From an uncultured Staphylococcaceae bacterium (lineage in GTDB: Bacteria; Bacillota_I; Bacilli_A; RFN20; CAG-826): a DNA stretch of 64,000 bases. Position 1 is the first letter of the stretch; every line of letters starts with the position of its first letter. Below the pieces are notes generated by a model. That model saw only the letters and a program-made list of their open reading frames with translations, did no database searches and was not told where the DNA came from. The stretch is taken from NCBI GenBank assembly GCA_964392865.1, contig CAYMRJ010000001.1, positions 71,263 to 135,262 of the forward strand, read 5' to 3'. The position numbers were made by a program, and so were the translations under genes. This document shows positions 56,801-64,000 of the stretch, one piece after another.

Positions 56801-59652
56801 TCGCTCCCCACCTTGTCGGCGAGGATTTCCTTTTCCCCTTGGAGAATTTGCGAAAGTTCGACGAAGAGGTAGGCGTTCTTCCTCGTGGTGCTAAGACCGG
56901 GGAGATTCCTAAGGCAGTTATGGAGATTGAGGGCGAGTTCCCTATCGATGTCGACGAGGGGCGCCAAAGCCTTGGGAAGGTTTTCCCTATCGAGGAGCGA
57001 GTAATCCCTCTTCTGGTAGGGAACGAAGGGATTCTCGCGGTAGCCGCGGTTCAGGCGTGAATAGGCCGTGACCCTTTCGATGCCTTCGATGGCGGCATCG
57101 TATCTTTCCTTGGTGAGGCCGCGGACATAGTCCTCGCTTACCTCATAGAGGCCTTTGGCCTTGATGCTATCGAGATAAAGCAAGATGGCATCGTAGATCG
57201 AAGCGAAGAAGTTCTCGGGAACGTGGAGTTTGGAGAGAAGCGTATTGAGCTTCGTCCTCTTCTCTTCGACTTCGGCGGCCTTCTCCTTGTAGTCGCCGGC
57301 CCCTTCCAAGGGTCCGAGTTCCAAAAGCTTATCGATGGCTTTTAGGACATCGGTCTTGTTGGTTTTGACGCTAGATAGCTGCAGGCAGAACTGGCCGAGG
57401 CCCAGTTCGTCCAAACGGTTCTTTACGACATCGAGGGCCACTTCCTTTTCGGCCACGAAGAGGACCGATTTCCCATGGTAGAGGAAGTTGACGATCATAT
57501 TGGCGATCGTCTGGCTCTTCCCGGTCCCGGGAGGCCCGTCCATGATGAAGGACTCGCCGGCCAAGGCATCGGTGATGGCCTTGATCTGGCTGGAGTCGGC
57601 GGGTAGAGGCAAAGCCAAATCGCCCGGGACGACCTTGTCATCGAGGTCCTTGATTTCGATGAGGTCGGTTTTGTCTTCCCACTTCTTCTCGCCCGAAACA
57701 AAGGAGGCGATGAAAGGATTCTGGAGAAGTTCTTCCTTCCTATTGCGGAGGTCGTTCCACATGACGAAATGGGCGAAGCCGAAGAGGCCGGCCGAGGCCG
57801 TATTCTCGTAGAGCATCCAGCCCTTCTTCTCCGAGATCTTCTCGCGGATGAAGTTGTAGATGAGGCGCAGATCGGGAAGCCCGTCCTTCATGCGGAGAGT
57901 TCCGGAAATGGGAGAGAAGTCCATATGGAAGACTTCTTCCAGATACTGGAACAAAGTCGTATTGAGTGAGAGCTCATCGAGGTCGAAGGAGAAGGAATGG
58001 TAGGTCCCTGACTTCCGGCGCGGCAGCGAAATCGGAAGCAGGAAGACCGGGGCATACATGGCTCCGCGGTTGACGCTCGCGGCTTTGTCGTTATCGAACC
58101 ACTTGAGCATCCCGATTGTCATGAACAAGGGGTTGCTGCCGGATTCTTCGAGTGCCGTATTGGCCTTTCTGGCCAAGGTCTTGAAATAGGTATCGACGTC
58201 GCCGGTTTTGGAAGTGGCGAGGATCTGCCCTTTCCTATAAGCCTCTTCCGAGAGCTTCCCGAAGGCCTTCGGCGAGAAGGAAAGGATCTTCTCCCCTTCT
58301 TCGATGGCGATGGCTCCGAATTGGAAGGGAACGACCGACATCTTGTTGCGGGTCGATAGTTCCTTCACGAGGTCTTCGGCGCTCGGGACGATGAACTGGG
58401 CGAGGCCTCCGCCGAAACGGAGGTTGATCAGCCTATTCCCGAGATTGAGGTCGAGGAGTTTCTCAAGCCAATGGTCGAAGCGGTTCTTGTCGCCCCTATC
58501 TCCGGCCGAGATATAGCGGCGGGCATCGGTATCGACCGTCGGGGTCGCCGAGTCTTCAACTTTGGTGAAATCGGGCAGGTCGACCTTGTATTCTTCGCCG
58601 ACCTTATGGGGCGTCGGAATCGGGAGGAGGTGTTCCTTCCGGCACATCGTAACGTCCAAGGCGTAGCGGAACCTAGCTTCGACGGAAAGGGTCTTGTACC
58701 CGTTCTCGACGGCTTGGTCGAACGGCGATAGCTGGGAGGAATGGCCCATCGTCACATCGATGACGGCGAGATGCTCGAAGCCTTTGCTCGCCGCGGTGAT
58801 CAAATAAGACCCGTTTTCCTCATAGGGAGAGCAACTCGAATCATCGTCGAGCCAGACGCCGACCATGGCGTGGCTGCGGAGCAAAATGAGGACCGGTTTA
58901 AGGCCGATCGATTCGGCCAAGGATGCATAAAGCAGCGCAAAATCCAAGCAAGTCGCCACTTTTTCCTGCAAAACCTGATAGGGCAGGCGGACGCGCTGGA
59001 AGGTCTTTTCGAAGTTGGTCGGAGGGTTGCTGTAGCGGATGTCGCGCTTGGACATCGCCTTATAGAGAGCCTCCAGTTCCTCATAGACCTTGTTGGGGTC
59101 ATGGTACTGGTAGCCGGAGAAGCTGTTGCGCCCGGTCTTTTCCTTGAGTTCGCCGGCCGCTTCGGCAACGACCTTCTTCACTTCGTCGTCATTGGGAGTG
59201 ACGAAGCTGCTGAGGATCTCCGGAATACGGACATCGCTCGCGCTTTCTTCGATCGGAAGAAGTTTGAGGTTATGGACCTTCTGGGCCAGGCTTTGGCCTT
59301 CGCTATCGACGATCTCGAAAGAGAGGGCGCAAGGCACGCCTTCGTTCAGGTGATAGAGATCGACGGCGTTGACGAAGATCGAGAAGGAAGTCAGAAGGGT
59401 CTTCTTCCCGGCTTCGAGGACCGAAATATGAAGGGGCGCGACGGTAATTCCAGGGAAGTTGCTATTGATGAGGAGATCGACTTCCCTTAGGTCATGGGTT
59501 CCCCTGTTTTCGATGGTCACCGACCTGAGGAAAGAGAAGGCATTCTGCCTATTTTGTCCCGAGACTCTCTTGAGTTCGTTTTCGACCTGGTAATTTACAT
59601 AAGTAAATTCCTTAAGGCCTTCGATGGATATCAACAGCGTATTTTCTGACAT
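53830..59652 (-). CDS. Giant (1940 aa) multidomain protein: large N-terminal region + SF1B Upf1-like helicase + Vsr/DUF559-like nuclease-fold domain + DUF3320-like C-terminus
   Basis: Walker A GPPGTGKSQT (aa about 706-715), motifs VVIFDEASQ, RSRHESLI, GVITFNEAQ, VQGDERDVILFS, NVAITRSREE; later FRLDLAIVDP...LGILLDGPSY block; no TM segments. Confidence 0.7.
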   Translation of the reverse strand: MSENTLLISIEGLKEFTYVNYQVENELKRVSGQNRQNAFSFLRSVTIENRGTHDLREVDLLINSNFPGITVAPLHISVLEAGKKTLLTSFSIFVNAVDLYHLNEGVPCALSFEIVDSEGQSLAQKVHNLKLLPIEESASDVRIPEILSSFVTPNDDEVKKVVAEAAGELKEKTGRNSFSGYQYHDPNKVYEELEALYKAMSKRDIRYSNPPTNFEKTFQRVRLPYQVLQEKVATCLDFALLYASLAESIGLKPVLILLRSHAMVGVWLDDDSSCSPYEENGSYLITAASKGFEHLAVIDVTMGHSSQLSPFDQAVENGYKTLSVEARFRYALDVTMCRKEHLLPIPTPHKVGEEYKVDLPDFTKVEDSATPTVDTDARRYISAGDRGDKNRFDHWLEKLLDLNLGNRLINLRFGGGLAQFIVPSAEDLVKELSTRNKMSVVPFQFGAIAIEEGEKILSFSPKAFGKLSEEAYRKGQILATSKTGDVDTYFKTLARKANTALEESGSNPLFMTIGMLKWFDNDKAASVNRGAMYAPVFLLPISLPRRKSGTYHSFSFDLDELSLNTTLFQYLEEVFHMDFSPISGTLRMKDGLPDLRLIYNFIREKISEKKGWMLYENTASAGLFGFAHFVMWNDLRNRKEELLQNPFIASFVSGEKKWEDKTDLIEIKDLDDKVVPGDLALPLPADSSQIKAITDALAGESFIMDGPPGTGKSQTIANMIVNFLYHGKSVLFVAEKEVALDVVKNRLDELGLGQFCLQLSSVKTNKTDVLKAIDKLLELGPLEGAGDYKEKAAEVEEKRTKLNTLLSKLHVPENFFASIYDAILLYLDSIKAKGLYEVSEDYVRGLTKERYDAAIEGIERVTAYSRLNRGYRENPFVPYQKRDYSLLDRENLPKALAPLVDIDRELALNLHNCLRNLPGLSTTRKNAYLFVELSQILQGEKEILADKVGSEIFLDAEDTLRKYLSLNKEIATISKKVTKSFDRTILSAEVGELSDLKEEFTQASLFKRKKPLKEIQKILKDYYLEGGKPNKKLSLVTVESLKALDNLHKQVENLGSYPKFIFPSLPGEPERYEAIEKGYEASIKIGKLLREMDCARNTNFEKLADILAKAGGDYTKLWEDNDRKLRRHLSERSFVCDQLRNKFDFDTERYPDDREYFKKEAQKVSNVIANEGLLGGWTKFLTVLDECRAVSPEGLVESYEEGRIGDLELRDAYVNALCYKTVAYAAKDAKLENLSGEEVLKTIEDYGKELNELERLSVVETASRITKSYPLVTENLASTTEVYQLRKIARSGGRSISLRNIFVSFSDLIHTLCPCFLMSPLSVAQFLQPTDKFDVVIFDEASQIPTSEAVGAISRAKSIVIAGDQQQMPPSNYFAVNVSGSIEGGDYFKSLDEDLESLLDDAIVMGLKRNRLNWHYRSRHESLIAYSNNQFYGNTLLTFPSPESEKQSVSYRYIKGKYERGKGINKDEAKAIVAEVMRRLKDPELSQKSIGVITFNEAQQNLIMDMLEKEEGKNRLDSNPGGESIFVKNLENVQGDERDVILFSVTYGPDPKTGVLSLNFGPLSREKGERRLNVAITRSREEMIVFSSIKPEMIRAERAKNEGARYLRDFLTFASEGTSYLPNLQGNVVYDRKETVAKYLAEDLKKLGYKSVVDLGTSTFRLDLAIVDPADPDKFTLGILLDGPSYCDTPTSRDRNLVQPSILKNLRWRLMRFWSIEYFDHPDQVVRQIVAKINEPVGEEDVGTIDSGPVSFNRKQVNLYPNQIPYEYADLDMPSSSIEDVRIFEAVKRLIDAEGPISRRLIMEKTKKALDKKTLGIKLRSSIELAIGDTPKVTELCTSEPFYYPSGFVPEAWPYYRIDKSENKRDIQDISYIEISNACSDIIYAQGKMSESDLIKQVSLLFGYEVVSEKRKTHIKNALREAIDKRHGLHKDEDGFIYIS

Positions 59653-59705
59653 TGAAAGGATTATACCCTAAGGGGCTATAACCCTTTAAGAAGGGTTTTG
59701 GAAAT

Positions 59706-60539
59706 TTAGCGATCCTCTTTCCCGAGTTTCTTGAGGAAAGCCTTCTTTTTGGCTTCGCTGGCAAAGTCGAAGACGAGGTGGTTCTCCCCTTCTTCGATGT
59801 AAAGGGCACCGGATGCTTTGATGGCCCTATCGAGGGCTTCGTCAATGGTTCCGGGATGGAGCTTTTCTCGGACCTCGAGTTCGACCTCGCGGACCGAAAG
59901 ATTCTTCTCGAGGATCTCATCGGCCAACTCGAGGCAATCTTCGTAAGGCAAGGGGATCAAAGCCTTGGCATGGCCGTAGGAAATGTTCCCCTTGGCGACC
60001 ATATCAAACACCGGTTCAGGAAGCCTGAGGAGCCGGAGGATATTGGTGACCTGGGGCCTCGAAACGTGGGCGATGTCGGCCAGATTGGCCTGAGAATAGG
60101 AAAAGTTCTTGATCAGGAAATCGAAGACGAGGGCCATCTCGACCACATTGGTATCGCGCTGGTCGCGAAGGTCAGCCAAAAGCATCAGGGCCATCTCTTC
60201 GTCATCCTTGTCTTGGACGATGCAGGGGACTTCTTCCAGCTTTGCAAGCCTCGAGCCGTAGTACCTTTTGCGGCCGAGGATAAGTTCGTAGCGATCGCCG
60301 GAAGGACGGACCAAAAGAGGGTTCCAAAGCCCGCGGGCAACGATGCCCGAGGCCATCCGTTCGCAGGAATCCTTCTTCGGACGGATCTTCCTGACGAGTT
60401 TGTTGTCATCGATGAGGGATAGCGAAATCTTGAGGCCCCCCGCGGACTGGTATTCCTTTTCTAGTTCGGCGATGACGTCGTTTTGGGCAAACCTCTCCAT
60501 CAAAGAGGAAAGGCTCGGGTTCTTCTTCTCACTTTTCAT
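59706..60539 (-). CDS. parB: Chromosome partitioning protein ParB/Spo0J
   Basis: ParB box (LIDDNKLVRKIRPKK), HTH; start MKSEKKNPS overlapping parA end. Confidence 0.85.
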   Translation of the reverse strand: MKSEKKNPSLSSLMERFAQNDVIAELEKEYQSAGGLKISLSLIDDNKLVRKIRPKKDSCERMASGIVARGLWNPLLVRPSGDRYELILGRKRYYGSRLAKLEEVPCIVQDKDDEEMALMLLADLRDQRDTNVVEMALVFDFLIKNFSYSQANLADIAHVSRPQVTNILRLLRLPEPVFDMVAKGNISYGHAKALIPLPYEDCLELADEILEKNLSVREVELEVREKLHPGTIDEALDRAIKASGALYIEEGENHLVFDFASEAKKKAFLKKLGKEDR

Positions 60540-61293
60540 GTTCGAGAACCTCCCTGGCCAACGCGAAATACGCCAAAGAGCCCATGGCATTGGGGCGCCA
60601 GCTGGTGACGGGTTCGCCGCGTTGGACGGCCTTGGCGACTGAGACGTTCCTAGGAACGATGGAGGCGAATGTCGTCTCCTTGAAGAAGGATTTGACTTCC
60701 TGCATTACATCGATTGCCAACTTGGTCCGATTGTCGAACATCGTCAGCAAAAGCCCTTCGATCCTGAGGTTCGGGTTATAACTTCTTTGGATTTGGGTAA
60801 TTGAGGAAAGGATGGCGGCCACGGCTTCCATCGCGAAATATTCGCATTGGACGGGAATGATGACCGAATCGGCCGCCACCAAAGCATTGATATTTAGCAA
60901 ACCCAACGAAGGAGGGCAGTCCAAAATAAAATAATCGTATTGGGATAAGTAGGGCTCGATATGCTTCTTCAGGGCCATAAAAGGTTCATCGATCCCATCG
61001 GCCCTGGGATCGAAGCCGGCAAGCCTCAGATTGCTAGGAATTATCGAGACTCCGCTATTGGCATCGATGATGCGGACCTCTTCAAGCGGAAGCTTGCCCA
61101 AGAGGAATTCGACGGTGGTGTTTTCGATTCCGGTCACATCCAAACCGAAGGAACGCCCGGCATTGCCCTGCGGATCCATATCGATGAGGCAAATGGTCTT
61201 CCCCATTTTGGCCAAAGCGGCAGAAAGATTGACGGCCGTCGTGGTTTTTCCGACGCCGCCTTTTTGGTTTGAAACCGCAATAACCCTAGCCAT
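60529..61293 (-). CDS. parA: Chromosome partitioning ATPase ParA/Soj
   Basis: Deviant Walker A KGGVGKTTT; 254 aa. Confidence 0.9.
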   Translation of the reverse strand: MARVIAVSNQKGGVGKTTTAVNLSAALAKMGKTICLIDMDPQGNAGRSFGLDVTGIENTTVEFLLGKLPLEEVRIIDANSGVSIIPSNLRLAGFDPRADGIDEPFMALKKHIEPYLSQYDYFILDCPPSLGLLNINALVAADSVIIPVQCEYFAMEAVAAILSSITQIQRSYNPNLRIEGLLLTMFDNRTKLAIDVMQEVKSFFKETTFASIVPRNVSVAKAVQRGEPVTSWRPNAMGSLAYFALAREVLEHEK

Positions 61294-61325
61294 CGGCCCT
61301 AATTATCCTTAAGCGAGGTCAAAAT

Positions 61326-62006
61326 CTAAAGTGGCGTAGCCGAAATCTCGCGATATGGTCTCGGATAGCCCCTAGGTGTTTTCTTGGTTTTCTGATAAAT
61401 CCCGAGATAGCGCTCCCCGTAGCCATCGGGCAACTGTTCGGTGAACTCTTCCTTCAACTCAAGGTGAAGGATCTTGGCCGCTTTGGCGGCTTCTTGGGTC
61501 TCTTCCTTCCACTTAGAACCCCTCAAAGCAAGGAAGGCTCCTTTGACTTTGATTAGCTGAGAGCAGATTTCCATGAGCTTTCTAAGGTCGCCGACGGCTC
61601 TGGCCGTCACGACATCGAAAGCCTCGATGTCCCTTAGTTCTTCTGCCCTTTTGGTAACTACCGTAGCGTTCTTAAGCCCGAGAGTTTCAATCACAGAGCG
61701 CAAGAAAGCCGACTTTTTGCCATTGGACTCGCACAAGACGAGGGTCGCGGTAGGTTCGGCAATTGCGAAAACGATCCCTGGGAATCCAGCCCCCGATCCG
61801 ATGTCCAAAACCTTCTTCCCTTTTATATCTATATGGTTAAGGGGGATAAGGCAGTCGTAGATATGTTTCACTATCGCCTCGTCCCTATCCTCGATGGCGG
61901 TAAGGTTTGTGACCTTGTTAGCCTCCATCACGAGGTCGAGATGGCGGAGCAAAAGATCGGTATCTATATCCGGCCTGATTTTCGACTTTAATTCTTCGAT
62001 TTTCAT
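61326..62006 (-). CDS. rsmG: 16S rRNA (guanine527-N7)-methyltransferase RsmG (GidB)
   Basis: SAM-binding LDIGSGAGFPG; 226 aa; overlaps mnmG stop. Confidence 0.9.
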   Translation of the reverse strand: MKIEELKSKIRPDIDTDLLLRHLDLVMEANKVTNLTAIEDRDEAIVKHIYDCLIPLNHIDIKGKKVLDIGSGAGFPGIVFAIAEPTATLVLCESNGKKSAFLRSVIETLGLKNATVVTKRAEELRDIEAFDVVTARAVGDLRKLMEICSQLIKVKGAFLALRGSKWKEETQEAAKAAKILHLELKEEFTEQLPDGYGERYLGIYQKTKKTPRGYPRPYREISATPL

Positions 62007-63871
62007 TTTCTCGTTTTCTTTAATGCCAATAAGAGGGCAGCACAGTCTGCGGGGGTGACACCGGAGATGCGGCTTGCCTGTCCTAGGGTCCTCGGACGAA
62101 TAGCGATCAGTTTCTCCCTGGCCTCTAGTCTAAGGCCTTGGAGAGACGAGTAGTCAATATCATCGGGCAAGAGGGTCTCCTCGGCCTTGATGACCCTATT
62201 GGCCTCTTCTTTGGCCATCGCGATGTAGCCTTCGTATTTGATCTCGGTCTCCAGCTCCTTGCTGGCGTCGGGATTGAGGCCTATTTCTGCAAGGTCAGGC
62301 AAGAGAGAATAAAGTTGGCCAAAAGATATACCAGGACGCTTAAGCAAGGCCTTGCCGCGGAAGCCGTCTTCCGAAGCTGGATATCCGGATTCAGAAAGGA
62401 CCTTGTTTAACTCTTCAGAGGGCGAGATTGTCACTTCCGAAAGGACCTTCTCGGCTTTTTCCTTTTTCTCCTTACTTTTTAGAAATACTTCTTTGCGCCC
62501 ATCCGATGCCAATCCGATTTCCATCGCTTTCGGGGTCAGTCGGGCGTCGGCATTGTCGTGCCTAAGAAGGAGGCGGTATTCGGCTCTGCTGGAAAGAAGC
62601 CTATACGGTTCTTCGGTACCCTTGGTAACGAGGTCATCGATCATGACCCCGATATAAGCCTCATCGCGGCGGAGGACAAATGGAGGTTTGCCATCTAGAT
62701 AACGGGCGGCATTGATGCCGGCCATGAGGCCCAAGCCCCCGGCTTCTTCATAGCCGCTTGTCCCCAAAATCTGCCCGGCAGCATATAACCCCTCAAACTC
62801 TTTTAATTTAAGAGATGAATCAAATTGAAATGGCTCTAAAGCGTCATATTCGATCTGGTATGCGTACTTAAGGATTTCCGCTTCTTCCAGTCCCGGAAGA
62901 GAGTGCACCAATTCCTCTTGGAGTTCCCTTCCGAAGCCTGTTGAGAAGCCTTGTAGATAGATCGATTCTCCGTCCCTGGTTTCAGGTTCCAAGAATAGCT
63001 GATGGCGCTCCTTGTCGCCGAAGCGGACGATTTTGGATTCGATGGAAGGGCAATACCTCGGGCCTTTGGATGTGATGGTTCCGTCAAAGAGGGCGGATTT
63101 ATCGAGGTTTTTGCGAATTATGTCTAAAGTTTGCGGGGATGTATAAATCAAATGGCAATCGATTTGACCCTCCAAAGGACGGTATTCTTGGCTTAGGTAA
63201 GAGAAGTTCAAATGGCCTTCATGGCCCTTCTCGATAGCTGCCTTGGAATAATCGATCGTGGACTTTTTAATACGGGGCGGAGTGCCGGTCTTTAAGCGGA
63301 ACGTCCTTATTCCGATCCTTCTAAGAGACTCGGATAAACCAAGCGATGCTTTGACACCATCAGGACCGGATTTTTCTATTTCTTGACCCTTGATGACCCT
63401 GGAATCCATGTAGGTTCCGGTCGTCAGTACAACAGCACGTGAATTTAATTTTGTGCCATCATTAAGAAGAATGCCTTTTATCCGGTTTCCGTCCCTGATG
63501 AAATCGATGGCTTCGCCCTCGACGATTTCGATGTTCTCCTCTTCTTTCAAAAGGCTTTGGACATAGGCGGGGTAACCGTATTTATCGACCTGGGCCCTAA
63601 GGCATCTGACGCCCGGGCCTTTGGCGGTATTGAGCATCTTGATCTGAAGAGGATCATGATCGGCCAAAACGCCCATCATTCCGCCTAGGGCATCGATTTC
63701 CCTAACGACTATCCCTTTGGCGCTTCCGCCGATATGGGGATTGCAGGGCGTATTGCCGATCATTTTTATATCAAGGGTCAGCAAAATAACCCTCTTCCCG
63801 AGGTGGGCGGCGGCAAAGGCCGCCTCTATTCCGGCGTGGCCTCCGCCGACGACGATGACATCGGCATCCAT
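62003..63871 (-). CDS. mnmG: tRNA uridine 5-carboxymethylaminomethyl modification enzyme MnmG (GidA)
   Basis: FAD-binding VVGGGHAGIEAA; 622 aa. Confidence 0.95.
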   Translation of the reverse strand: MDADVIVVGGGHAGIEAAFAAAHLGKRVILLTLDIKMIGNTPCNPHIGGSAKGIVVREIDALGGMMGVLADHDPLQIKMLNTAKGPGVRCLRAQVDKYGYPAYVQSLLKEEENIEIVEGEAIDFIRDGNRIKGILLNDGTKLNSRAVVLTTGTYMDSRVIKGQEIEKSGPDGVKASLGLSESLRRIGIRTFRLKTGTPPRIKKSTIDYSKAAIEKGHEGHLNFSYLSQEYRPLEGQIDCHLIYTSPQTLDIIRKNLDKSALFDGTITSKGPRYCPSIESKIVRFGDKERHQLFLEPETRDGESIYLQGFSTGFGRELQEELVHSLPGLEEAEILKYAYQIEYDALEPFQFDSSLKLKEFEGLYAAGQILGTSGYEEAGGLGLMAGINAARYLDGKPPFVLRRDEAYIGVMIDDLVTKGTEEPYRLLSSRAEYRLLLRHDNADARLTPKAMEIGLASDGRKEVFLKSKEKKEKAEKVLSEVTISPSEELNKVLSESGYPASEDGFRGKALLKRPGISFGQLYSLLPDLAEIGLNPDASKELETEIKYEGYIAMAKEEANRVIKAEETLLPDDIDYSSLQGLRLEAREKLIAIRPRTLGQASRISGVTPADCAALLLALKKTRK

Positions 63872-64000
63872 CAGCCGATAGATCCTGCCATATCGAGCTT
63901 GATTAGCTGATTGAGTTCGACGGCGTATTCCATCGGCAATTCCTTAGAAAAGGGCTCAATAAAGCCCATGACGATCATCTGGGTGGCCTCTTGTTCGCTT
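63871..64000 (-). CDS. 3' end of an upstream gene (5' part outside window); stop TGA overlaps mnmG ATG (TGATG); identity unclear
   Basis: In-frame translation ...[35 protein letters not shown]; expected MnmE C-terminal CIGK signature is absent. Confidence 0.3.
   Translation of the reverse strand, partial: SEQEATQMIVMGFIEPFSKELPMEYAVELNQLIKLDMAGSIG

Noticed and set aside
59653-61325. Looked for parS (TGTTNCACGTGAAACA) near parAB
   Set aside because: No close match spotted by eye in or around parB. Cannot be excluded without a pattern search of the whole window and flanks.
1-64000. CRISPR arrays, IS elements, integrases, prophage genes
   Set aside because: No regularly spaced direct repeats, transposase or integrase-like ORFs or phage structural genes seen. 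The tRNA cluster is not followed by an island-like insertion.

Overview
This 64 kb window is a GC-rich (roughly mid-50s % GC, high GC3) chromosomal segment with Bacilli/Firmicutes-like gene content and synteny. It lies next to the replication-origin neighbourhood, since the right end carries mnmG-rsmG-parA-parB on the minus strand. It encodes about 70 genes, most of them housekeeping. From 20.4 to 64 kb every gene is on the minus strand. This run includes parAB-rsmG-mnmG, cmk-der, hup, dnaD-nth, recU, gpsB-rnpB, pgsA-cinA-recA, rny-ymdB-miaB-miaA-tcdA, fhs, two tandem MacB-like ABC proteins, mgsA, csp, ychF-ispF-argS-rpoE, fba and an IMPase-family gene. A plus-strand block runs from 12.8 to 20.4 kb: mgtE, a hidden tRNA-Leu(GAG), an ABC-F ATPase, a HAD hydrolase, ispD, an S1 protein, pgi and a 5-tRNA cluster. 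A minus-strand block at 0.6-12.7 kb holds a polar amino-acid ABC transporter, a HAD/unknown/membrane-protein trio, hpf, metK and two tandem secreted endonuclease-I nucleases. RNA elements found by reading the sequence: RNase P RNA (rnpB) downstream of gpsB, six tRNAs, an FMN riboswitch ahead of an ECF S-component (ribU), and a SAM-I riboswitch ahead of metK. The strongest candidate for a novel system is a single 1940-aa ORF (53830-59652, minus) wedged between parB and the FMN-riboswitch/ribU unit. It combines a large N-terminal region, an SF1B Upf1-like helicase core, a Vsr/DUF559-like nuclease-fold domain and a DUF3320-like tail. It has no obvious ribosome-binding site, may be leaderless, and is of unknown function. 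Other notable items are a MiaB-RicA(YmcA) fusion directly downstream of rny-ymdB, tandem endonuclease-I paralogs with a poly-Ser linker encoded by a repeat, and three MacB-like fused ABC proteins, one of them MarR-linked. I also flag a truncated CCA-type nucleotidyltransferase and direct repeats upstream of hup. No CRISPR array, transposase or integrase was seen. All coordinates are hand-derived and should be treated as approximate to within a few nucleotides.
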